From Pseudomonadota bacterium (GTDB lineage: Bacteria; Pseudomonadota; Gammaproteobacteria; Xanthomonadales; Xanthomonadaceae): a stretch of 64,000 bases of DNA. Location of the stretch: assembly GCA_018242365.1 (NCBI GenBank), contig JAFECB010000006.1:816-64815 (forward strand), read 5' to 3'. Under the pieces are notes generated by a model. The model made no database searches. It saw nothing but the letters and a program-made list of their open reading frames with translations, and was not told the DNA's origin. Shown here one piece after another: positions 9,728 through 18,344 of the stretch. A program made the translations under genes and the position numbers. Numbering within the stretch: position 1 is the stretch's first letter; the number at the start of each line of letters is the position of its first letter.

Positions 9728-9733
9728 TATATT
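9728..9733 (+). promoter_or_regulatory. Candidate -10 hexamer (TATATT) for ssrS
   Basis: TATATT lies about 8-10 nt upstream of the first base of the predicted 6S closing stem. No convincing -35 element was seen. Confidence 0.35.
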
Positions 9734-9737
9734 GGCC

Positions 9738-9928
9738 ACGCTCTCTGCCGGGTGCGACAGCGTGCGCAACATTTGCCTTGTCCCTAGATGACGACCACGG
9801 GGATGCAACGGTTGCCGGGAGTGCAAGTCCGCCTGCGAGCGGAAAGCCCGATGGCCGCCGCGCGTTCCCACTTGAACCATTGGTTCAAGGTCGTTTCGCA
9901 CGCATCGCCTCGGCGGAGGCCTCTTTCC
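9738..9928 (+). ncRNA. ssrS: 6S RNA (ends approximate, +/-10 nt)
   Basis: It occupies the zapA-ygfA gap, which is the conserved ssrS position. The 5' arm CTCTGCCGGGTGCGACAGCGTGCG (about 9743-9766) pairs, with G-U pairs and bulges, to the 3' arm CGCACGCATCGCCTCGGCGGAGG (about 9897-9919). This gives a long closing stem around a central region about 190 nt long. No credible ORF covers this stretch; the track ORF 9658..10560 only becomes ygfA-like after 9967. Confidence 0.75.
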
Positions 9929-9966
9929 TTGCCGCAGCCGGACCGCCCGCGCGTGAACCCAGTTCC

Positions 9967-10560
9967 GTGAACACAAGCACCGACCGCGCGGCGTTGCGCA
10001 CCGAACTGCGTGAACGCCGCCGCGCCCTGAGCGCGGCGCAGCGCATCGCCGCCGCCGAGGCCTTGGCCGAGCGCCTGTTGGCGCTGCCGTTCTTCCCGCG
10101 CAGCGGACACGTGGCTGGCTATTGGGCGGTGGACGGGGAAATCGGCCTGCATGTTCTGCAACTGCGCTTGCCCGCGGAAGTGAGCTACTGCCTGCCGGTG
10201 CTGCATACCGACGGCACGCTGCGTTTTGCCGAATGGCGCACCGGCGCACCCCTGGTCGAAAACCGCTTCGGCATCCCCGAGCCCGATGTCCCGGAAACCG
10301 CCTGCCATCGCGCGGAAGCATTGGATTTGCTGGTGGTGCCATTGACCGGCTTCGATGCGCAGGGCAATCGGCTGGGCATGGGCGGCGGCTGGTACGATCG
10401 CAGCCTCGGCTTTCGCCGCGAACGGGCCGCACCGCCTTGGCTGGTGGGTGCGGCCTTTGCCACCCAGCGCACCGATCAGCTTCCAACCGAAGCTTGGGAT
10501 GTGCGCCTGGACGCCATCTGCAGCGAAGACGCGACCTGGATCGCGAAGGACCCTCGATGA
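9967..10560 (+). CDS. ygfA: 5-formyltetrahydrofolate cyclo-ligase
   Basis: From GTG 9967 the translation is NTSTDRAALRTELRERRRALS...YWAVDGEIGL...CLPVLH...FGIPEP...VVPLTGFDAQGNRLGMGGGWYDRSL, the 5-FCL signature. There is no in-frame ATG, so a GTG start is inferred. Confidence 0.8.
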   Translation: MNTSTDRAALRTELRERRRALSAAQRIAAAEALAERLLALPFFPRSGHVAGYWAVDGEIGLHVLQLRLPAEVSYCLPVLHTDGTLRFAEWRTGAPLVENRFGIPEPDVPETACHRAEALDLLVVPLTGFDAQGNRLGMGGGWYDRSLGFRRERAAPPWLVGAAFATQRTDQLPTEAWDVRLDAICSEDATWIAKDPR

Positions 10561-11027
10561 GCACGCGTCGGCGCTACTGGATGATGAAGTCGGAACCGGA
10601 TGCGTTCTCGATCGACGATCTGGCGCGGGTCGGCACCGAGCCATGGAACGGCGTGCGCAATTACCAGGCGCGCAACTTCATGCGCGACGGCATGCGTGTC
10701 GGTGACGGAGTGATGCTCTACCACTCCAATTGCACCGTACCCGGGATCGCCGGTCTTGCCACGGTCGCCAGCCCCGCCTATCCGGATGAGACCCAGTTCG
10801 ATCCCGAGTCCCACTACCACGACCCCAAGGCCACCCGCGAACAGCCACGCTGGTTCCTGGTCGATGTCGCCTTCGAACGCAAGCTGCGTCGGTTGATTCC
10901 GTTGTCGGAAATCCGTGAGCACAGCGACGCACTCGGCGAAGGCTTTGCCCTGACCGCGCGCGGCAGCCGGCTGTCGGTATTCCCGGTCACCGCCGCACAG
11001 TGGAAACTGCTGCTCTCCCTCGAATGA
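10557..11027 (+). CDS. EVE-domain (PUA-like, DUF55) protein
   Basis: The translation is [57 protein letters not shown]...FLVDV, a typical EVE domain. It is coupled to ygfA by an ATGA overlap. Confidence 0.8.
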   Translation: MSTRRRYWMMKSEPDAFSIDDLARVGTEPWNGVRNYQARNFMRDGMRVGDGVMLYHSNCTVPGIAGLATVASPAYPDETQFDPESHYHDPKATREQPRWFLVDVAFERKLRRLIPLSEIREHSDALGEGFALTARGSRLSVFPVTAAQWKLLLSLE

Positions 11028-11044
11028 TCCCGGCGAAATTCCCC

Positions 11045-11692
11045 ATGTCCGAAGCCAAGCAACGCGCCGCCCAGAAAGCCATCGACTACCTCGAAGACGA
11101 CATGATCGTCGGCGTCGGCACCGGTTCCACCGTCGCCTGTTTCATCGACGCATTGGCCGCGTGGAAAGGCCGCATTCGCGGCGCGGTCTCCAGTTCCGAA
11201 CAAAGCACCGCGCAGTTGAAGTCGCATGGCATCGATGTGATCGACCTCAACACCGCCGGGCCGCTGTCGCTGTACGTGGATGGTGCCGACGAATGCGATC
11301 CGCACAAGCGCCTGATCAAGGGCGGTGGCGGCGCGCTGACCCGCGAGAAGATCATCGCCCAGGCCAGCCAGCGCTTCGTCTGCATCATCGATCCGGCCAA
11401 ACAGGTGCCGCTGCTGGGCAATTTCCCGCTGCCGATCGAGGTGATCCCGATGGCGCGCAGCCTGGTCGCCCGTGCCATTGTCGGCACCACCGGCGGCCAG
11501 CCGGTCTGGCGCGAGGGCTTCGTCACCGACAACGGCAATGCCATCCTCGACGTGCACAACCTGCGCATCGTCGATCCGGTCGGGCTGGAACGCGAACTCA
11601 ACCAGATCCCGGGCGTGGTCTGCGTCGGCTTGTTCGCCCAGCGCGCCGCAGACGTGGTGATCGTCGGCGGTGAACCGGTCAAGGTGTTGTAA
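11045..11692 (+). CDS. rpiA: Ribose-5-phosphate isomerase A
   Basis: From ATG 11045 the translation is [30 protein letters not shown]...VDGADE...[12 protein letters not shown], the RpiA motifs. The TAA stop (11690-11692) lies inside the first REP-like repeat. Confidence 0.9.
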   Translation: MSEAKQRAAQKAIDYLEDDMIVGVGTGSTVACFIDALAAWKGRIRGAVSSSEQSTAQLKSHGIDVIDLNTAGPLSLYVDGADECDPHKRLIKGGGGALTREKIIAQASQRFVCIIDPAKQVPLLGNFPLPIEVIPMARSLVARAIVGTTGGQPVWREGFVTDNGNAILDVHNLRIVDPVGLERELNQIPGVVCVGLFAQRAADVVIVGGEPVKVL

Positions 11693-11740
11693 TCAATGGG
11701 GTCAGTAATCAATGGGGTCAGAGTTAATCAATGGGGTCAG
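11690..11740 (+). repeat. Three tandem direct copies of TAATCAATGGGGTCAG
   Basis: Copies lie at 11690-11705, 11706-11721 and 11725-11740 (the last preceded by AGT). They sit immediately 3' of the RAYT gene on its coding strand and overlap the rpiA stop codon. Confidence 0.9.
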
Positions 11741-11742
11741 AG

Positions 11743-12456
11743 TCATTGATTTCTGGTCTCTTTGAACGCCGCCGACTTCCTATCCCCGCCCCGCCCTGAC
11801 GGCACAGGTCGACGGCCTGTCCTCGCTTCGATCTGCGCTTTGAATCTGTCGTCTCCAAGCACCCAAGCCTTGTTCGTTGCTTCCCGAATCGCCGTCAATT
11901 CCCGATCCGGCATCCGCCCACGAAACAGCGCACGGTAGGCGGCTTGTCGCTCGGCGTCGGATCTGCCCAAGCGGCGATACATCGGGTGCGGTGTCAACAA
12001 TTCAATCGGCTTTCCCAAGGCATTGCCCTGAAAACTTGACCACGGGTACTCGGACGCGTGGGCCACCATGCTCGCCCGCACCGGATTCAGTTCGATGTAG
12101 CGGTACACCGTCAGCAGATAGTTGTCCGCATCCACCAGCGTCGACTTGTACCGCCCCTCCCACAGGGTGCCGGTGCGTCCATGCGTGTAATTGAAGTACT
12201 GCACGTACTTCCGGCCCAGGGCCTGCATCATCCGGCTGACGCCCTGCGCATCGCCGGACGTCACCAGCAGATGAACGTGATTGGTCATCAGCACGAAAGC
12301 ATGGATCTCGACCTGCTGCTTGATCGCCGCATCCTTCAGGAACGCCAGATAAGCCTTGTAATCCGCCTCAGCGTAGAAACATGCCTCGCGATTGTTGCCG
12401 CGCTGGATCACATGCTGGGCACATCCGGAGAGATGGAGCCTGGGCAATCGAGCCAT
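11743..12456 (-). CDS. REP-associated tyrosine transposase (RAYT; IS200/IS605-like Y1 transposase fold)
   Basis: From ATG 12456 (AGGAGG 7 nt upstream) the translation is MARLPRLHLSGCAQHVIQRGNNREACF...IHAFVLMTNHVHLLV...YFNYTHGRTGTLWEGRYKS...YRYIELNPVRA...YPWSSF. These are the HUH (HVH) and catalytic-Tyr regions typical of RAYTs. Confidence 0.85.
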   Translation of the reverse strand: MARLPRLHLSGCAQHVIQRGNNREACFYAEADYKAYLAFLKDAAIKQQVEIHAFVLMTNHVHLLVTSGDAQGVSRMMQALGRKYVQYFNYTHGRTGTLWEGRYKSTLVDADNYLLTVYRYIELNPVRASMVAHASEYPWSSFQGNALGKPIELLTPHPMYRRLGRSDAERQAAYRALFRGRMPDRELTAIREATNKAWVLGDDRFKAQIEARTGRRPVPSGRGGDRKSAAFKETRNQ

Positions 12457-12504
12457 CGTGGGCCTCCTGGTGCACAAGGCAAGGGTACGCTTACCATCAG
12501 CGAA

Positions 12505-12546
12505 AAATCAATGACTCTGACCCTATTGATCAGACCCCATTGATCA
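12505..12546 (-). repeat. Inverted copies of the RAYT-flanking repeat
   Basis: AAATCAATGACTCTGACCC (12505-12523) is the exact reverse complement of GGGTCAGAGTCATTGATTT (11734-11752). CTGACCCTATTGAT (12517-12530) and CAGACCCCATTGATCA (12531-12546) are inverted copies of the TGATCAATGGGGTCAG unit. Confidence 0.9.
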
Positions 12547-12603
12547 CCTGCCGTGACGCCGGACGACGTATGCCCGGCCTGCGCTTCGTGATGCCCGTGC
12601 GAC

Positions 12604-15600
12604 TTATCTCCTCGCCTCGTCCGCACGCACCCGATACCACGCCGCATACAGTGCCGGCAGGAAAAACAATGTCAGCAGGGTCGCCGCCGCCAGCCCGCCC
12701 ATGATTGCGACGGCCATCGCGCCGTAGAACGCGCTGCGCGACAGCGGGATCATCGCCAGGATCGCCGCCAGCGCGGTCAGCACGATGGGCCGGAAGCGGC
12801 GCACGGTGGCATCGACGATGGCGTGCCAGCGGTCGTGCCCGGCTTCGAGGTCCTGGCGAATCTGATCGACCAGAATGACCGAGTTGCGCATGATCATCCC
12901 GGACAGCGCGATCGTACCCAGCAGCGCGACGAAGCCGAACGGCACCTGGAAGATCAGCAGCGCGAGCACTACCCCGATCAAGCCCAGCGGCGCGGTGAGC
13001 AGCACCAGCGCGGTCTGCGAGAAGCTGCGCAACTGCAGCATCAGCAAGGTCACCACCACCAGCAGGAACAGCGGCATTCCGGCCTTGATCGAGTTCTGCC
13101 CACGCGCGGAATCCTCCACCGTGCCGCCGGTTTCCAGCAGATAGCCCTCCGGCAGCGCGGCGCGGATGGGCTTGAGCGCGGGCAGGATGGCGTCGATCAC
13201 CGTCGGCGGCGTCAACGCATCGGTATTGAGGTCGGCGCGCACGGTCACGGTCGGCAGACGATTGCGATGCCAGATGATGCCATCCTCGAAGCCGTATTCC
13301 AGCGTGGCGATCTGCGCAAGCGGCACGCTGCCACCCGGCGTCGGCACCGCGAGGCTGGCCAACAGGTCGGGCCGCGCGCGCTCCTCGCCGGTGCCACGCA
13401 GCAGAATTTCGACCAGTTCGTTGTCTTCGCGATAGGTGCTGACCGACAGCCCCGACAGCGAGCCGGACAGGAACTTCGCCAGGCCCGCACTGCTCACGCC
13501 GAGGGCGCGCGCGCGATCCTGGTCGATGTGCAGGCGGATCACCTTGCTGGGCTCGCTCCAGTCGAGGTTGACGTTGGCGGTGTGCGGGTTCCTGCGCACC
13601 TGCTCGGCGACTTGCCGTGCGATTGCCTGCACCTGGCCGATGTCTTCACCCGACACACGGAACTGGATCGGATAGCCGACCGGCGGTCCATTCTCCAGCC
13701 GGGTCACGCGGAACTGCAGGTCGTGGAACTGCGGTGCCACCTCGTCGATCAACCAGCGACGGGTGGCCTCGCGCGCGTCGAGATCCTTCGCCAACACCAC
13801 GAACTGGCTGAAGTTGGCGGCGGGCAATTGCTGGTCCAGCGGCAGGTAGAAGCGCGGCGAGCCGGTGCCGACATAAGCCACGTAATTCTCGATCCCGGGA
13901 CGACGCTTCAACATTGCTTCCAGCCGCCGCGCCTGCACTTCGGTGGCGCGCAGCGAGCTGCCTTCGGCCAGCTCCAGGTCCACCATCAACTCGGGCCGCA
14001 CCGAATTCGGGAAGAACTGCTGCGGCACGAATCGGGCCAGCGCCAGCGACCCGACGAACAACAGGATCGTGCCACCGATCACCCACCAGCGGTGACGCAG
14101 GCAGGCGTCGATCCAGCCGCGCAGCGTGCGGTAGAACGGCGTCGCGTAGGGATCGTGATCGTCATGGGTGACGGCAACCGCGGTACTGCCGGACAGGCGT
14201 GCACGCAGGCGCTCCATCAGCGTCGGTGCGCGCGTGGCCGCGTGCAGGTCCGGCAGCATGCGATCACCCAGCCAGGGGATGAACAACACCGCGGCGATCC
14301 ACGACACCAGCAAGGCGATCGTCACCACCTGGAACAGCGAGCGTGTGTATTCACCGGTGCTGGACTGGGCGGTGGCGATCGGCAGGAAGCCTGCCGCCGT
14401 CACCAAGGTGCCGGTCAGCATCGGGAACGCGGTCGATTCCCAGGCGAAGCTCGCCGCTTTCAGTCGCGAATACCCCTGCTCCATCTTGATCGCCATCATC
14501 TCCACCGCGATGATCGCGTCGTCAACGAGCAGGCCCAACGCCAGCACCAATGCGCCCAGCGAGATCTTGTGCAGGCCGATGTCGAACAGGTGCATGGTCG
14601 CGAAGGTCATCGCCAGCACCAACGGGATACTGACCGCGACCACCGTGCCGGTGCGCAGGCCCAGCGAGAAGAAGCTCACCAGCAAGACAATCGCAACGGC
14701 CTCGGCCAGCACCCGCACGAACTCGCCGACCGCTTCATGCACGGTCGCGGGCTGGTCCGACACCTTGCCCAACTGCATGCCCACCGGCAGGGTTGACTGC
14801 AGCCGGGTGAAGGCAGCATCAAGGGCGTCGCCCAGGCGGATGATGTCGCCACCCTTGCGCATCGCGACTGCAATCCCGATCGCGTCCTGACCCATGAAGC
14901 GCATCTTCGGCTTGGCCGGATCGGCGAACCCGCGCCGCACGCTGGCGATGTCGCCCAGGCGCACCGTGCGTCCGCCGGCGGCGATCGGGAAGGCGCGGAT
15001 CTGTTCGACCGAATCGAACTGGCCGTCCACGCGCAGCTGGATGCGGTCGCTGCCGGTTTCGAAGAAGCCCGCAGGCACCATCGCGTTCTGTTCGTCCAGC
15101 GCCTGCTTCACCGCCGCCAGCGGGATGCCGAGCGTGGCCAGCCGCGTATTGGAGAGATCGATCCAGATCTTCTCGTCCTGCAGGCCGATCAGCTCGACTT
15201 TCTCGACATCCGGCACCCGCTGCAATTCCAGCTGGATGCGCTCGGCGTAGTCCTTCATCTGCGCATAGTCGAAACCGGGCGCGGTAAGTGCGTAGATGTT
15301 GCCGAAGGTGTCGCCGAATTCGTCGTTGAAGAACGGGCCGACCACCTCGGCCGGCAGGGTCGGGCGGATGTCGCCGACCTTCTTGCGCACCTGATACCAA
15401 AGTTCCGGCACATCTTTTGACGGCATCGAATCGCGCGCCATGACAATGACCTGCGATTCACCCGGTCGCGAATACGAGCGGATGAATTCGTACTGGCCGG
15501 TGCTCATCACCGCCTTCTCGACCCGCTCGGTCACTTCCCTGCCGACCTGCTCGGCGGTGGCACCCGGCCACAGCGTGCGCACCACCATCGCCTTGAAGGT

Positions 15601-15729
15601 GAACGGCGGATCCTCGGATTGACCAAGCTGGCGATACGACCAGATGCCGGCGAATGCGACCACCAGCATGATGAACAGCACCAGCGCGCGGTTGCGCAGC
15701 GACCACTCGGAGGCGTTGAACCCGGCCAT
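12604..15729 (-). CDS. RND (HAE1-type, AcrB/MdtB-like) efflux permease
   Basis: 1041 aa. The translation starts MAGFNASEWSLRNRALVLFIMLVVAFAGIWSY...SEDPPFTFK, has a twelve-TM/two-loop architecture, and ends ...FFLPALYAAWYRV, all typical of RND permeases. Confidence 0.9.
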   Translation of the reverse strand: MAGFNASEWSLRNRALVLFIMLVVAFAGIWSYRQLGQSEDPPFTFKAMVVRTLWPGATAEQVGREVTERVEKAVMSTGQYEFIRSYSRPGESQVIVMARDSMPSKDVPELWYQVRKKVGDIRPTLPAEVVGPFFNDEFGDTFGNIYALTAPGFDYAQMKDYAERIQLELQRVPDVEKVELIGLQDEKIWIDLSNTRLATLGIPLAAVKQALDEQNAMVPAGFFETGSDRIQLRVDGQFDSVEQIRAFPIAAGGRTVRLGDIASVRRGFADPAKPKMRFMGQDAIGIAVAMRKGGDIIRLGDALDAAFTRLQSTLPVGMQLGKVSDQPATVHEAVGEFVRVLAEAVAIVLLVSFFSLGLRTGTVVAVSIPLVLAMTFATMHLFDIGLHKISLGALVLALGLLVDDAIIAVEMMAIKMEQGYSRLKAASFAWESTAFPMLTGTLVTAAGFLPIATAQSSTGEYTRSLFQVVTIALLVSWIAAVLFIPWLGDRMLPDLHAATRAPTLMERLRARLSGSTAVAVTHDDHDPYATPFYRTLRGWIDACLRHRWWVIGGTILLFVGSLALARFVPQQFFPNSVRPELMVDLELAEGSSLRATEVQARRLEAMLKRRPGIENYVAYVGTGSPRFYLPLDQQLPAANFSQFVVLAKDLDAREATRRWLIDEVAPQFHDLQFRVTRLENGPPVGYPIQFRVSGEDIGQVQAIARQVAEQVRRNPHTANVNLDWSEPSKVIRLHIDQDRARALGVSSAGLAKFLSGSLSGLSVSTYREDNELVEILLRGTGEERARPDLLASLAVPTPGGSVPLAQIATLEYGFEDGIIWHRNRLPTVTVRADLNTDALTPPTVIDAILPALKPIRAALPEGYLLETGGTVEDSARGQNSIKAGMPLFLLVVVTLLMLQLRSFSQTALVLLTAPLGLIGVVLALLIFQVPFGFVALLGTIALSGMIMRNSVILVDQIRQDLEAGHDRWHAIVDATVRRFRPIVLTALAAILAMIPLSRSAFYGAMAVAIMGGLAAATLLTLFFLPALYAAWYRVRADEARR

Positions 15730-15732
15730 CGC

Positions 15733-16821
15733 TCAGCGCGCCTTGCCGTCGTTCGAAATCGCGACCGGACGATTGCGGCGATCGACCGCATGCACCGCTT
15801 CGCCCTCGTGCAGCAGATGGCCGCCTGCCGCCACCACCCAATCACCCGGCTGCACGCCAGCGAGCACCGGTACGCTGTCGTCGCCGAACGGGCCCACCCG
15901 CACCGCGCGCTTGCGCACGTGGCCACTGGCATCGACCACCCACACCATCGCCGCCTCGCCCACATCACCTTGTACCGCCGCCATCGGCAGGCGCAGCACC
16001 GACTGTGCATGATCGCCGACGATGAAGACGCGCATGCTCTGGCCGAGTTCGACCTGCGTGGCCGCATCGCCATCCAGCGCGATCTTGGCGTTGTAGGTGC
16101 GGGTTTGCGGATCGGAGGCCGCGGCGATTTCCCGGATGTGGCCCGACAGGCGCGTGCCCGGCGCATTCCATGGTTCGATGATGGCCTGCTGCCCGGTCTG
16201 GAAGTCACGGATGCGCGCTTCCGGCAAATTGATGACCACGTCGCGGCCACCGTCACCGGCGAGCACGAACACCGGTTGCCCGGCTGCCACCACTTGCCCG
16301 GCTTCGGCCTGACGACTGGCGATCACGCCATCGTCCGGTGCCCGTAGCTGGGTGTAGGCACCCTGATTGCGCATCAAATCGTACTTGGCATGCGCGGCGA
16401 CGAAGGCGGCCTGCTGCGCATCGAGGGCCGACTTGCTGACCAGTTGCTGCGCTTGCAGGGTGCGATAGCGCGCAAGGTCGCCGCCAAGCCGATCCATGTC
16501 GGCCTTGGCTGCGGCCATCTGCAATTGGGCATCGCCGGCATCCAGTTCGGCCAACAACTGGCCACGGCGCACCCGATCCCCATTGCCGACCAGTCGCCGC
16601 AGCAGATTGCCACCGACGCGGAACGACAGCTGGGCTTCCCGCTGCGCGCGCACCTCGCCGGCAAACGCAGCACCATCCATGCCCGGTGCCGCGCCGGGCT
16701 GCACCACCAGCACCGTGCGCACGCTGGTGGGCGGTGTTTGCGTGCCGCCGCAAGCGGCCAACACCACCAGCAAGCCCACCACCAGCGCAGCCTTGCCCCG
16801 ACACATCCCGATCCGCTTCAT
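15733..16821 (-). CDS. RND efflux membrane-fusion (periplasmic adaptor) lipoprotein
   Basis: 362 aa with a lipobox (LAAC). The barrel-sandwich/coiled-coil pattern includes RVGGNLLRRLVGNGDRVRRGQLLAELD and TQLRAPDDGVI. There are 3 nt between its stop and the RND ATG. Confidence 0.85.
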   Translation of the reverse strand: MKRIGMCRGKAALVVGLLVVLAACGGTQTPPTSVRTVLVVQPGAAPGMDGAAFAGEVRAQREAQLSFRVGGNLLRRLVGNGDRVRRGQLLAELDAGDAQLQMAAAKADMDRLGGDLARYRTLQAQQLVSKSALDAQQAAFVAAHAKYDLMRNQGAYTQLRAPDDGVIASRQAEAGQVVAAGQPVFVLAGDGGRDVVINLPEARIRDFQTGQQAIIEPWNAPGTRLSGHIREIAAASDPQTRTYNAKIALDGDAATQVELGQSMRVFIVGDHAQSVLRLPMAAVQGDVGEAAMVWVVDASGHVRKRAVRVGPFGDDSVPVLAGVQPGDWVVAAGGHLLHEGEAVHAVDRRNRPVAISNDGKAR

Positions 16822-16865
16822 GCCTGCCCCGTCGACCCGCGTAAAAATTGAACCGGCCGGTATGG

Positions 16866-16871
16866 TATAAT
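16866..16871 (+). promoter_or_regulatory. Consensus TATAAT -10 hexamer in the divergent TetR/efflux spacer
   Basis: A perfect TATAAT lies 32 nt upstream of the TetR ATG (16903), within the 81-nt spacer shared with the MFP-RND operon. The -35 is poor. Confidence 0.35.
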
Positions 16872-16902
16872 TGGCGAACCGAGTAGTCCACTATTTGATG
16901 CC

Positions 16903-17544
16903 ATGCAGCGCAACGCACCCCCCAAGAGCGCGACCCCCGGACGCCCGAAGGACCCCGCCAAGCGCGCGGCCATCCTTGCCGCGGCCACCCGGCTGTTCCC
17001 GTTGGAGGGCTTCGAGCGGGTCAGCATGGACCAGATCGCGGCCGAAGCAGGCGTCTCCAAACTCACCGTCTACAGCCATTTCGGCGACAAGGACGGCCTG
17101 TTCGCCGAAGCCGTGCGCGCGCACTGCGAACACGGCATGCCAACCAGGTTGTTCGACCCCCGCCCGAACGTGCCGCTGAAGCGCCGCCTGACCGAGATCG
17201 GCACCGCCTTCTGCGCGATGGTGATGAGCCCCGAGGCCATCGCCGGTTTCCGCATCCTGTGCTCGCCGCAGGCGATGGCCAGCGGGCTGCCGACGCTGGC
17301 GTGGGAGGCTGGGCCCCGCCGCGTGCAGGAGGCCTTTGCCGCCCTGCTGGAGCGGCGGATCGCCAGTGGCGAATTGGAGATCGACGATCCTGCGATGGCG
17401 GCCACGCACTTCTTCACCTTGCTCAAGGGCGAGCCCCACGCCTGCGCCCTGATCGGCGTGAGCTGCTGCAAGGCCCTGCCAACACCCAAGGCCCACGTCG
17501 CCAGCGTCGTCGACCTGTTCCTGCGCGCCTATGCGCGGCGCTGA
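16903..17544 (+). CDS. TetR/AcrR-family transcriptional repressor
   Basis: The N-terminal HTH is RAAILAAATRLFPLEGFERVSMDQIAAEAGVSKLTVYSHFGDKDGLF. It is divergent from the efflux operon. Confidence 0.9.
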   Translation: MQRNAPPKSATPGRPKDPAKRAAILAAATRLFPLEGFERVSMDQIAAEAGVSKLTVYSHFGDKDGLFAEAVRAHCEHGMPTRLFDPRPNVPLKRRLTEIGTAFCAMVMSPEAIAGFRILCSPQAMASGLPTLAWEAGPRRVQEAFAALLERRIASGELEIDDPAMAATHFFTLLKGEPHACALIGVSCCKALPTPKAHVASVVDLFLRAYARR

Positions 17545-17673
17545 ACGGCAGCCGACCTGCAGCGGGGGCGATGACTTCCGGCACGCGTGCTGGTGTACCA
17601 GCACGCTCAAACTGCGGAGCAATTGACGGGGCCCCATTAGAATTGACGACCCGCCAAACAACGACCTATCGAC

Positions 17674-18327
17674 ATGAACATCAACTTCTCCCGCGCCCGC
17701 GAAAACATGGTGGAACAACAGATTCGCCCTTGGGACGTGGTCGATGTGCGCGTGCTCGACACCCTCGCGAACCTGCCGCGGGAGGACTTCGTGGCCCCGG
17801 CCCTGCGCAGCCTGGCCTATGCCGATATCGCGCTTCCCATCGGCCACGGCGAAGCGATGATGAAGCCGGTCCTGGAAGGCCGCCTGTTGCAGGCCCTGCT
17901 GCCGGGCGCGGAGGAGAGCGTGCTGGAAATCGGTACCGGCAGCGGCTATCTCACCGCCTGCCTGGCCCGGCTTGCACGCGAAGTCGTCAGCCTCGAACGC
18001 CATGCCGACCTCGCTGATGCGGCGCGTGCGCGCCTGTCGGCACAGGGCATAGCCAATGCCACCATCCACGCCGCCGACGTGTTCGCCGGCGCCCCGGATC
18101 GCCGCTTCGACGTGATATGTGTCACTGGCGCGGTGACGGCGCTGCCTGCACAGTTCATCGACTGGCTGGAACCGGCCGGCCGCCTGTTCGTGGTGCGCGG
18201 CCACTCACCAGTGATGGAAGCGATCGTGGTGCACCGCGAGGTCAACGGCAGCCGCGTCGAATCGTTGTTCGAAACCGATCTCCCATACCTCGCGGGTGCC
18301 GAGCCGGTGCCTGCGTTCACCCTGTAA
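17674..18327 (+). CDS. Protein-L-isoaspartate O-methyltransferase-family (Pcm-like) protein
   Basis: It has the SAM motif VLEIGTGSGYLTACLA and a PCMT-like N-terminus (MVEQQIRPWDVVDVRVLDTLANLPREDF). A pcm-like gene directly upstream of tolC is a common Xanthomonadales arrangement. Confidence 0.75.
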   Translation: MNINFSRARENMVEQQIRPWDVVDVRVLDTLANLPREDFVAPALRSLAYADIALPIGHGEAMMKPVLEGRLLQALLPGAEESVLEIGTGSGYLTACLARLAREVVSLERHADLADAARARLSAQGIANATIHAADVFAGAPDRRFDVICVTGAVTALPAQFIDWLEPAGRLFVVRGHSPVMEAIVVHREVNGSRVESLFETDLPYLAGAEPVPAFTL

Positions 18328-18344
18328 ACCGAAGGAATCGCGTC

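Larger units (their letters stand above)
11690..12546 (-). mobile_element. RAYT unit: a single tyrosine-transposase gene bracketed by its cognate short repeats
   Basis: The gene is flanked by a 19-bp perfect inverted repeat plus extra repeat copies on both sides. It is inserted in the convergent gap between rpiA and the RND pump gene. Confidence 0.8.

Noticed and set aside
12823-14796. 657-aa ORF on the plus strand, antisense to the RND permease. There are similar long shadow ORFs: 42204..44936 (910 aa), 7536..9272 (578 aa), 48884..50914 (676 aa), 53997..55478 (493 aa), 23221..24984 (587 aa), 25117..26634 (505 aa), 34481..35734 (417 aa) and 36538..37455 (305 aa).
   Set aside because: Each lies opposite a gene with unmistakable conserved motifs. 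Their translations are Arg/Gly/Ala/Pro/His-rich low-complexity sequence with no recognisable domains. This is typical of stop-codon-poor antisense frames in high-GC DNA.
17585-17606. 9-bp stem hairpin GCGTGCTGG-TGTA-CCAGCACGC after the TetR gene, and the direct repeat GAATTGACG x2 at about 17620-17650.
   Set aside because: The hairpin lacks a T-tract. The direct repeat could contain a -35 element (TTGACG) for the pcm-like/tolC genes, but no matching -10 was convincing. The evidence is insufficient to call either one.
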